From an uncultured Clostridia bacterium (GTDB lineage Bacteria; Bacillota; Clostridia; Tissierellales; Sedimentibacteraceae): a stretch of DNA of 64,000 nt. The stretch spans positions 46,804-110,803 of the forward strand of contig CAYQYY010000007.1 of NCBI GenBank assembly GCA_964421845.1. The letters are read 5' to 3'. The translations under genes were made by a program, and so were the position numbers. The notes under the pieces were generated by a model that saw only the letters and a program-made list of their open reading frames with translations, made no database searches and had not been told where the DNA came from. Each line of letters starts with the position of its first letter. Within the stretch, counting starts at the first letter, position 1. This document shows, in pieces, positions 56,746 through 64,000 of the stretch.

Positions 56746-58053
56746 GTGGAGTGGTATTTAGTATTATTATCAATTTTCTCAGTCCTTTTAGTTATAATGC
56801 TGACTGGATTACCTATAGCTTTCAGTTTTATTATGGTATCTTCCGCTATTATGTTTAATATGCAAGGTGCATTTGGAATTCGTCAGCTTGTATTGGGGAT
56901 GTATGACCAGGTGGCACAGTTTTCACTGACCCCTATACCGTTTTTTATGATAATGGGTGAAGTTTTTTATCAATCCGGATTAGTATCAAGAACTTTGGAC
57001 TCACTGGCCAAGTTCGTAAAAAAGGTCCCGGGAAGATTAAGTATCATTACTTTACTTGGTGGTGGTGTATTTGCTGCACTATCCGGTTCTGTTGTGGCAA
57101 ACACAGCAATGTTCGGTTCTCTTATGCTTCCTGAAATGTTGAAAAGAGGTTATTCAAAGAAAATAATAACCGGCTCAATAATGGCTTCAGGTGCTCTTGC
57201 TATGGTAATACCACCAAGTGCATTAGCAGTTTTGCTAGGAAGTATAGCAGGGATTTCAGTAGGTAAAATATTAATAGGTGCAATACTCCCCGGAGTATTA
57301 TTGATGGTTATATACATTGGTTACGTTATGGTGGTTTGTACTATTAATCCTGATTTGGCACCACAATATGAAGTGGAAGATTCTACTTTGAAGGAAATGC
57401 TAATCGGAGCATTAAAGGATATTGTACCTTTATTCTTTATATTCTTTGTGGTAATGGGGATAATATTCACAGGAATCGGTACACCAACAGAAGCAGCAGC
57501 AATTGGAGCATTAAGCTCTTACATTCTAACAATATTTTACGGAAAGTTTTCTTGGAAGTTAGTTTACAAAACAATGGTTGATTCATTAAAAGTAACAGCT
57601 ATGGTTTTAATTATAATAGCAGGGTCTGCCGGATTCAGCCAAATATTAGCAATGACAGGTGCAAGCAGAGAAGCTGTTGTAGCTATAATGGGAATGGCAG
57701 CATCTCCGTTTATAATAGTTAGTACAATGCTTTTAATTATCATAGCTCTTGGCTTCTTTATGGAACAAACAGCTATTATGATGATTACTTTACCTATTAT
57801 GATGCCGGTAATCATAAGCTTAGGTGTTGATCAAATTTGGTTTGCAGTTCTTTATCTGATATGCTTACAGATCGGTCAACTTACCCCGCCGGTTGGACTG
57901 GCACTGTTTACCATGAAGGGTGTTTCGCCTCCGGAAGTAACCATGCGTGATGTGTATGATGGAGCAATACCATTCGTTATTATGGATATTTTAGCGTTAC
58001 TGATAATGGCAATAATTCCACCAATTATTACTTGGTTGCCTAGCTTATATTAA
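56746..58053 (+). CDS. dctM: TRAP transporter large permease
   Basis: About 435 aa polytopic protein. GTG at 56746 lies 8 nt after GGAGAGG and is preferred over GTG at 56737. Confidence 0.85.
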   Translation: MEWYLVLLSIFSVLLVIMLTGLPIAFSFIMVSSAIMFNMQGAFGIRQLVLGMYDQVAQFSLTPIPFFMIMGEVFYQSGLVSRTLDSLAKFVKKVPGRLSIITLLGGGVFAALSGSVVANTAMFGSLMLPEMLKRGYSKKIITGSIMASGALAMVIPPSALAVLLGSIAGISVGKILIGAILPGVLLMVIYIGYVMVVCTINPDLAPQYEVEDSTLKEMLIGALKDIVPLFFIFFVVMGIIFTGIGTPTEAAAIGALSSYILTIFYGKFSWKLVYKTMVDSLKVTAMVLIIIAGSAGFSQILAMTGASREAVVAIMGMAASPFIIVSTMLLIIIALGFFMEQTAIMMITLPIMMPVIISLGVDQIWFAVLYLICLQIGQLTPPVGLALFTMKGVSPPEVTMRDVYDGAIPFVIMDILALLIMAIIPPIITWLPSLY

Positions 58054-58093
58054 TTAAAATTATATAAAAAAACAAAAACTTGGAGGAAAGAAA

Positions 58094-59086
58094 ATGTTTA
58101 AGAAAAGCTTGATATTTTTATTGATTGTCACATTAATGTTTGGTTTAATCGGGTGCGGAAAAAATGAACAAACCTCTTCCGGGGGAACGGATAATAAAGT
58201 AACTCTTGCAGTTACATCTGCGTGGGCTGAAGGCAATACTCTTCTATTCAATATGGACGATTTTGCAAAGAAAGTATCCGAAAAAACAAACGGTACAGTT
58301 GAAGTTGTATGGGGCGGAGGCCCGGAGACAATACCAACATACCAATTAGTTGAAGCTCTGAGAAATGGCGTAATTGATATTGCATGGACATCACATACTT
58401 ATAATGTTTCTCACGTTCCTGTAATGGAAGCAATGAAATTGACTGATGCAGAGAAGTTGAGAGAAACAGGCGGATTTGATTTTGTAAATAAACTATATAA
58501 AGAAAAATTAAATTCTCATTATATTGCAGCAACTACAAACGGGTTGACATATAATTTATATACAAAAGATGAAATTAAGAAAATCGAAGACTTCCAAGGT
58601 TTGACTATCAGAGCTACTCCTGCTTACCAAGCTTTCGTAGAAGGATTAGGTGCCGGTGTTGTAAACACTGCTCCCGGCGAAGCATATCAAGCATTAGAAC
58701 GTAATGTAATACAAGGTTACGGATGGCCAAGTGTTGGAGTTAAGGATTTTGGATGGCAAGAAGTATCTAAATATATAATCCAACCTGCTTTCTACAATGT
58801 TGACGTGTGTATTATGATGAGTGACAAAGCTTGGAACAAATTAAGTGAAAACCAGCAAAATGCTATTATGGAAGCAGGAAAAGAAGTTGAAGCTGCTTCA
58901 AATGAATACTATGTAAAAGCAATTGCTGATGAAAATGATGTATTAAAAGCAGCGGGCATGGAAGAACTTACTTTACCATCAGATGTTGCAGATGCCTTTT
59001 CTAAGTTAGCTTATGAAAAAGGATGGGAAAGTGCAATTAAAGCAGATTCGGAAAATGCTAAAAAATTACAAGAACTTTCAAAGTAA
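58094..59086 (+). CDS. dctP: TRAP transporter solute-binding lipoprotein (DctP family)
   Basis: Lipobox LIGC, 330 aa, follows dctQM. Confidence 0.8.
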   Translation: MFKKSLIFLLIVTLMFGLIGCGKNEQTSSGGTDNKVTLAVTSAWAEGNTLLFNMDDFAKKVSEKTNGTVEVVWGGGPETIPTYQLVEALRNGVIDIAWTSHTYNVSHVPVMEAMKLTDAEKLRETGGFDFVNKLYKEKLNSHYIAATTNGLTYNLYTKDEIKKIEDFQGLTIRATPAYQAFVEGLGAGVVNTAPGEAYQALERNVIQGYGWPSVGVKDFGWQEVSKYIIQPAFYNVDVCIMMSDKAWNKLSENQQNAIMEAGKEVEAASNEYYVKAIADENDVLKAAGMEELTLPSDVADAFSKLAYEKGWESAIKADSENAKKLQELSK

Positions 59087-59105
59087 TGAAAATTATAAAG
59101 TCTTT

Positions 59106-59139
59106 AAAAAAGGATAATATAGATATTATCCTTTTTTTA
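59106..59139 (+). terminator. Rho-independent terminator after the TRAP operon
   Basis: AAAAAAGGATAATAT / ATATTATCCTTTTTTT palindrome with a T7 run. Confidence 0.8.
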
Positions 59140-59238
59140 TAAGAAAAAATAATGTGAATATTATAGAACAATTTGGTTTGCTAAATTGAGTTATATTTCA
59201 TTAATATTTTTTTTCTTTTTAAATGGTAAATGATACAC

Positions 59239-59267
59239 TTGACAAAATAACTATCATATATTATAAT
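59239..59267 (+). promoter_or_regulatory. Perfect consensus SigA promoter TTGACA-N17-TATAAT
   Basis: Read directly. Lies about 240 nt upstream of the ATPase ATG. Confidence 0.7.
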
Positions 59268-59273
59268 ATTAAA

Positions 59274-59505
59274 ATCTCTTTGCACTGCATATAAATCTAC
59301 GGTACAAACTGAGCAGGCGATGAACAATTATGTTCGTGGGGCTGGGCTGGAAACAGCAACAGATTGAATTTTACACATCTGTGGGACAGTAAAATGTTTC
59401 ATGGGTGTGTTTTTTTATACTTATTTGAAACATAAAATTAGAAATTTGCAATGCCATAGAGCTATCTTAATAATGCTTAAAAAGCAAAACTGGAGGTAAC
59501 TTATT
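59274..59505 (+). promoter_or_regulatory. Long 5' leader with internal terminator: candidate riboswitch or attenuator controlling the P-type ATPase
   Basis: No ORF. GC-rich helices in an AT-rich background (GAACAattaTGTTC; CTGggCTGgaaaCAGcaaCAG). The terminator at 59373-59417 lies 90 nt before the ATG. Confidence 0.5.
59373..59417 (+). terminator. Leader (attenuator) terminator
   Basis: 11-bp stem ACACATCTGTG / CATGGGTGTGT (three G-U pairs), 16-nt loop, then T7. Confidence 0.55.
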
Positions 59506-62043
59506 ATGACAGAACAAAAAAATCAAAATTTAGAAGGCTTGACCAGTGAGCAAGCCAAAAAGTTGCAGGAACAGTTTGGAAAAAACGAACTGGCAACTGT
59601 AAAAAAACAAAGCTTTATTAGCAAGGCCATTCACATTGTTTTAGAGCCGATGTTTTTATTGTTAATTGTTGCATCTATCATCTATTTTATATTAGGTGAA
59701 CCACGAGATGGTGTAATTATGCTAATCTTTGTAATTGGTATCATCAGTATAGAAATAATTCAGGAATGGAAAACAGACAAAACATTAAATGCTCTCAAAG
59801 ACTTATCAGCTCCACACGTAACCGTCATACGAGATGCAAAAGAGCAGATAATTTTAAGTGAAGACTTAGTTCCGAATGATTTGATGATAATTAATGAAGG
59901 TGTGAAAATTCCAGCTGATGGCATTGTTGTCAAAGCAAATGACCTTTGTGTTGATGAATCATCGCTTACAGGTGAATCCATAGGAGTTTGGAAAGTGACT
60001 GTTGATAATGCTGATAAAAATAATACTGATTATTGGCGCAAGGATTACTGCTATGCAGGAACTCTCGTTACACAAGGAAGTGCTGCAATACTTGTTGATA
60101 AAATAGGTTCTAATACAGAGTATGGTAAAATAGGCATTAATGTAGCATCTGCTCCGGACAGACCAACACCGTTAGAAAAGCAAACAAACAGCATTGTGAA
60201 GACGTGTGCAATAATAGCAGGTGTTTTATTTATTCTTGTTACAGTTATAACTTATTTCAACATTCCCGATCATAAATTAACTGATAGAATTATTGAAAGT
60301 ATATTATCAGGAATAACATTAGCAATGGCAATGATACCAGAAGAATTTCCTGTTATTTTGACAGTGTTTTTATCAATGGGTGCATGGCGTCTTGCCAAAA
60401 AACAGTCTCTTGTTCACAAGCTTACTTCTGTGGAAACATTAGGTGCTGTATCAGTTCTTTGTGTAGATAAAACAGGTACGATTACAATGAACAAAATGGC
60501 AGTTCAGGATACTTGGGCAATAGACGATGATAATTATAAATTATGTGAAATTATGGGGCTTGGCTGTGAAACTGATGCATATGACCCAATGGAAAAGGCA
60601 ATGCTTTTACATTGTGAAAGCATTGGAATTTCAAAAGACCATTTATTTGGTGGAGAATTAATATCTGAATATGCATTTACAAATGAACTTAAAATGATGG
60701 GTCATGTTTGGCGACATGACGGAGGGATTGTCATTGCAGCAAAAGGTTCACCTGAAAATATATTGACCATATGTAAATTAACAGATGAACAAATAAAACA
60801 AATTGAAAATAAAATTAATGAAATGTCAAAGATAGGGTTAAGAGTAATAGCTGTCGGTACAATGAATCCAAAGAGTGATTCTGACATTCCTGATAACATT
60901 ACAGACTGTAATTTAACCTTCTTGGGTTTAATTGGTCTTGCTGATCCTCCAAGAGAATCTGTGAAAGAAGATATAAAGATGTGTAATAAAGCAGGAGTTC
61001 GTGTAGTAATGATTACCGGTGACAATGGAATCACAGCAAGTTCAATTGCAAAACAAATCGGAATGAAAAACAGCGATAAAATAATTACAGGTGATGAACT
61101 TAACAATATGAGCGATTCTGAGCTTGGAGAACGTGTCCATGATGTGAATATTTTTTCAAGAGTTTTGCCGGAACATAAAATGCGCATAGTAAAAGCATTT
61201 AAAGAAAATGGTGAAGTAGTTGCCATGACAGGTGATGGGGTTAATGATGCTCCGGCATTGAAATATGCTGACATAGGAATTGCTATGGGTAAGCGAGGCT
61301 CTGAGGTTGCAAGAGAAGCTGCTGATTTAATTTTGATGGATGATAACTTTTCAACAATCGTTCATACAATTGAAGATGGAAGAAGGATATATGACAATAT
61401 CAAAAAAGCTATAGGTTATGTATTTACTATTCATATTCCTATTGCTTTTGCATCACTGTTTGCTCCTCTTTTAAATATTAATCCTGCAAGTCTTTTATTG
61501 CTTCCTGTGCATGTTGTGCTTTTAGAGCTTATAATTGATCCGACTTGTTCAATTGTTTTAGAACGTCAGCCGGCTGAGAGTAATATAATGGATCGAAAAC
61601 CAAGAAACCCCAAGGAAAAAATTCTTACAGCCGGAGTATTGACTAAAAGCATTTTACAGGGGCTGGCTATTTTTATAGCTTCTTTCGGAACATATTATAT
61701 GTTTATTAATCAACAACCTGAAAATGCACAATTGGCAAGAACAATGGGACTTAGTATTATAATGATTGCTAATTTGTTTTTAGTTCAAGTAAACAGCTCA
61801 AATTATGATAATGCATTTAAATCAATGAAATATCTAATTAAAGATAAAGTTATGTGGGCTGTTATTATTGGTACTGTTGCAGGTCTTTTGTTAATGCTTT
61901 ACACACCTCTTAACAGAATTCTAAATCTTGCACCTTTATCATTATCACAGTTCTTTATAGCCATAGGTATTGCAGCTATATCAGTTCTGTGGTATGAAAT
62001 TGTAAAAATTTTTAGCAATATGAACTTAAGTAAAAATAGTTAG
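59506..62043 (+). CDS. P-type cation-transporting ATPase (P2-type, Ca2+/Mn2+-ATPase-like)
   Basis: 845 aa. TGES, phosphorylation site CVDKTGTITMN, MITGDN, hinge TGDGVNDAPALK. TM4 motif IPEEFP (not the CPC of heavy-metal pumps). Confidence 0.9.
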   Translation: MTEQKNQNLEGLTSEQAKKLQEQFGKNELATVKKQSFISKAIHIVLEPMFLLLIVASIIYFILGEPRDGVIMLIFVIGIISIEIIQEWKTDKTLNALKDLSAPHVTVIRDAKEQIILSEDLVPNDLMIINEGVKIPADGIVVKANDLCVDESSLTGESIGVWKVTVDNADKNNTDYWRKDYCYAGTLVTQGSAAILVDKIGSNTEYGKIGINVASAPDRPTPLEKQTNSIVKTCAIIAGVLFILVTVITYFNIPDHKLTDRIIESILSGITLAMAMIPEEFPVILTVFLSMGAWRLAKKQSLVHKLTSVETLGAVSVLCVDKTGTITMNKMAVQDTWAIDDDNYKLCEIMGLGCETDAYDPMEKAMLLHCESIGISKDHLFGGELISEYAFTNELKMMGHVWRHDGGIVIAAKGSPENILTICKLTDEQIKQIENKINEMSKIGLRVIAVGTMNPKSDSDIPDNITDCNLTFLGLIGLADPPRESVKEDIKMCNKAGVRVVMITGDNGITASSIAKQIGMKNSDKIITGDELNNMSDSELGERVHDVNIFSRVLPEHKMRIVKAFKENGEVVAMTGDGVNDAPALKYADIGIAMGKRGSEVAREAADLILMDDNFSTIVHTIEDGRRIYDNIKKAIGYVFTIHIPIAFASLFAPLLNINPASLLLLPVHVVLLELIIDPTCSIVLERQPAESNIMDRKPRNPKEKILTAGVLTKSILQGLAIFIASFGTYYMFINQQPENAQLARTMGLSIIMIANLFLVQVNSSNYDNAFKSMKYLIKDKVMWAVIIGTVAGLLLMLYTPLNRILNLAPLSLSQFFIAIGIAAISVLWYEIVKIFSNMNLSKNS

Positions 62044-62108
62044 TATGTTAACAATATAATAAATAATTCATTCATAAAAATAATAAAGTTTTTAATTATA
62101 AAATAAAC

Positions 62109-62152
62109 AGCAGCAATTTTCTTTTCAATTCGAAAATTGCTGCTATTTATTT
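62109..62152 (+). terminator. Rho-independent terminator after the ATPase gene
   Basis: 13-bp stem AGCAGCAATTTTC / GAAAATTGCTGCT followed by ATTTATTT. Confidence 0.75.
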
Positions 62153-62534
62153 GGGCTTTCAAATTCCATGTCTGTCGGAATCACCTCTTTCGTCAACATC
62201 CATCTATATAATCAACTGTTATTATCTAATTCTTACACATCTATTTTTTCATCTGATACATCTTTGACTGCAACTTTGAGCTTTCTTAATTTTTATATTG
62301 AAATGCTCCCGTATAATACTTATGCAGCGTGTCCTCATATTACTTATAGATTTTGTGTTGCTGTAAGATTTAGTTAACTTAAGTTGTATTAATAATATAC
62401 CCATGGTTTTTAACTTTAAACATAAAAAAATAATTTGTAATACAACAAAAATAATGATATTCTACATATATGTCATCATGAGCGATAGCGAAAGATGCCC
62501 TAACCCTATTCTATAATTAAGGAAGGAAAATAGT

Positions 62535-63260
62535 ATGGAAGTAATTATTAAAAATAATTATCAAGAAGTAAGCGTTGCAGCAGCAGAATACTTATTAAAC
62601 ACAGTAAAAAACAAACCTAATGCAGTGTTAGGTCTACCGACAGGCAGCTCACCCATAGGAATGTACGAAATAGTTGTTGATGAATATAAAAAAGGAAAAG
62701 TATCATTTGAAAATGTAAAAACATTTAATTTAGATGAATATATGGGATTAGACAGAAACAATGATCAAAGCTACTATTATTTCATGAATGCTAACCTGTA
62801 CTCACATGTTAATTTAAAACCCGAACATATAAACATACCAAACGGTATGGCGGAAGATATAAACTTAGAATCAATCAGATATGAAAACAAATTAAAAGCA
62901 GAAGGTCCTATGGACATAATGTTTTTAGGAATAGGCAACAACGGACATATCGGCTTCAATGAGCCGGATGAGTGCTTTGAACCATTAACTCATGAAGTTG
63001 AATTGACACAAGATACCATAGAAGTCAATGCAAGATTCTTTGAAAAATTAGAAGACGTTCCAACAACAGCTGTAACAATGGGCGTTAAAACAATTCTTTC
63101 AGCTAAAAAAATAGTTTTAATTGCAACAGGTGCTAAAAAAGCAGATGCAATAGCTAAAACAGTTAACGGCAAAATAACTCCTCAGGTACCGGCATCAATA
63201 TTACAAATGCACGATGATGTAACAATTATTATAGATAAAGAAGCAGCAAGCAAATTATAA
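62535..63260 (+). CDS. nagB: Glucosamine-6-phosphate deaminase
   Basis: 241 aa. LGLPTGSSP, FNLDEY and GIGNNGHIGFNEP are classic NagB motifs. Confidence 0.95.
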   Translation: MEVIIKNNYQEVSVAAAEYLLNTVKNKPNAVLGLPTGSSPIGMYEIVVDEYKKGKVSFENVKTFNLDEYMGLDRNNDQSYYYFMNANLYSHVNLKPEHINIPNGMAEDINLESIRYENKLKAEGPMDIMFLGIGNNGHIGFNEPDECFEPLTHEVELTQDTIEVNARFFEKLEDVPTTAVTMGVKTILSAKKIVLIATGAKKADAIAKTVNGKITPQVPASILQMHDDVTIIIDKEAASKL

Positions 63261-63269
63261 AATAAAACA

Positions 63270-63324
63270 TTGGGGTCTTGTACCAAATTGGCAAGAGAAT
63301 TTGGCTTAGACCCCAAACTTTTTG
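63270..63324 (+). terminator. Compound hairpin terminator after nagB
   Basis: Outer stem TTGGGGTCT / AGACCCCAA, inner stem CCAAATT / AATTTGG, then ACTTTTTG. Confidence 0.65.
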
Positions 63325-63369
63325 TCGAATTTGCCGAAATATATAGCAGCAGATATAGGGGGCGTATAT

Positions 63370-64000
63370 ATGTATAAGATTTTAATAAATTTAATGGGAA
63401 ATATTAAAGAAAAAGATAGTAAGATATTATGGTTTATCTTTATTGGCTTTCAAATCGTTATAATGACTTTTTTTGTATATATCACAGGTGGAGCATCCTC
63501 AATTGTTCAGATGTTGTATATTCCGATATTAATAACAGTAATAAAATTCGGTATAAAATATGGCAACATAGTGGCAATCATTTCAGGTTTAGCTGTAGGA
63601 CCTTTCATGCCCTATGCAGCTACAAATGCCAATCAACCGGTCATAATGTGGATTTTTAGAATTGTTATGTCGTTAGTAATTGTTTATATTGTTGGCAAAT
63701 TATCAGAACAGGTAAATAAATTTAACGAATTGGAAAAAAATAAAGCTTATACTGATATTGTAACCGGCTACAATAATTCAAACAAGTTTAAAGTTGATTT
63801 AAATGATCTCATTAACAGTAAAAAGTATTCGAGCATTATGTTAATAATATTCAACTTTGAAAATATGGAAATGATTAAACAATATGTTGATTTTGAAATC
63901 AGTATAAAAACATTTATCAAATTACATGAAATAGCAAAAGATATTTTTAATAATACAACTGTTTATACAGTATCAGAAAGCAAAATAGCTGTAATGATAC
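63370..64000 (+). CDS. Membrane-anchored GGDEF-domain (diguanylate cyclase-like) protein, N-terminal part only
   Basis: ATG at 63370 lies 8 nt after GGGGG. My translation is open to the window end. It has 3-4 TM segments, then YTDIVTGYNNSNKF, which resembles the D-x-LTGL-x-NR-x-F start of GGDEF domains. It replaces the out-of-frame track ORF 63429..63659. Confidence 0.55.
   Translation, partial: MYKILINLMGNIKEKDSKILWFIFIGFQIVIMTFFVYITGGASSIVQMLYIPILITVIKFGIKYGNIVAIISGLAVGPFMPYAATNANQPVIMWIFRIVMSLVIVYIVGKLSEQVNKFNELEKNKAYTDIVTGYNNSNKFKVDLNDLINSKKYSSIMLIIFNFENMEMIKQYVDFEISIKTFIKLHEIAKDIFNNTTVYTVSESKIAVMI

Noticed and set aside
59274-59505. Assignment of the ATPase leader to the M-box (Mg2+) or yybP-ykoY (Mn2+) riboswitch classes.
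   Set aside because: I could not find the conserved strings I recall for either class (for example GGGGAGUAG for yybP-ykoY). It is kept only as an unclassified candidate leader.
60702-61274. 190-aa reverse-strand ORF inside the P-type ATPase gene.
   Set aside because: Antisense to the DKTGT...TGDGVNDAPALK region of a clear ATPase. No RBS.
62168-62377. 69-aa ORF in the ATPase-nagB intergenic region. Also 63429..63659, and the ORFs at 48363..48843 and 50040..50246.
   Set aside because: No RBS and low-complexity or AT-driven translations. 63429..63659 is out of frame within the better-supported GGDEF-type ORF starting at 63370. The others lie in terminator or promoter regions.

Overview
This is an AT-rich segment of Firmicutes/Clostridia type. 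It holds about 60 supportable protein genes. I saw no rRNA, tRNA or CRISPR array. All functional calls come from motifs and gene order read by eye; no database search was run.

Layout:
- 1-11.5 kb: a sigma-54 activator with a textbook -24/-12 promoter. It drives an operon of cyclase-type hydrolase, Na+/solute symporter (with a winged-helix tail), BKACE and thiolase. A secreted GH26-like protein and an OmpR-type two-component system follow.
- 11563-28112: a 16.5-kb integrated element bounded by perfect 67-bp direct repeats (details below).
- 28-64 kb: murA, a radical SAM gene, a LysE exporter and a pseudouridine synthase. Then a two-component system sharing a 22-bp operator with an orphan membrane protein, and TctCBA. 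Next comes a ferredoxin / unknown / ADH cluster with a CitA/CitB-type system, a split chromate-transporter pair, a TAXI-TRAP system and hom. These are followed by buk-ptb, a Crp/Fnr regulator, a four-subunit 2-oxoacid:ferredoxin oxidoreductase with a DctQMP TRAP system, a P-type ATPase behind a long terminator-containing leader, nagB and a partial GGDEF gene.

Most interesting item: the integrated element. It carries a tyrosine integrase, an iteron origin with its initiator, and a full head and packaging module (TerS, TerL, portal, scaffold, capsid, connector) plus a holin. I found no recognisable tail, endolysin or repressor. It also encodes a 966-aa protein with the DxDGD two-barrel signature of YonO / cellular-RdRP-type RNA polymerases. 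I read it as a capsid-forming satellite-like element, or a minimal prophage, that brings its own RNA polymerase.
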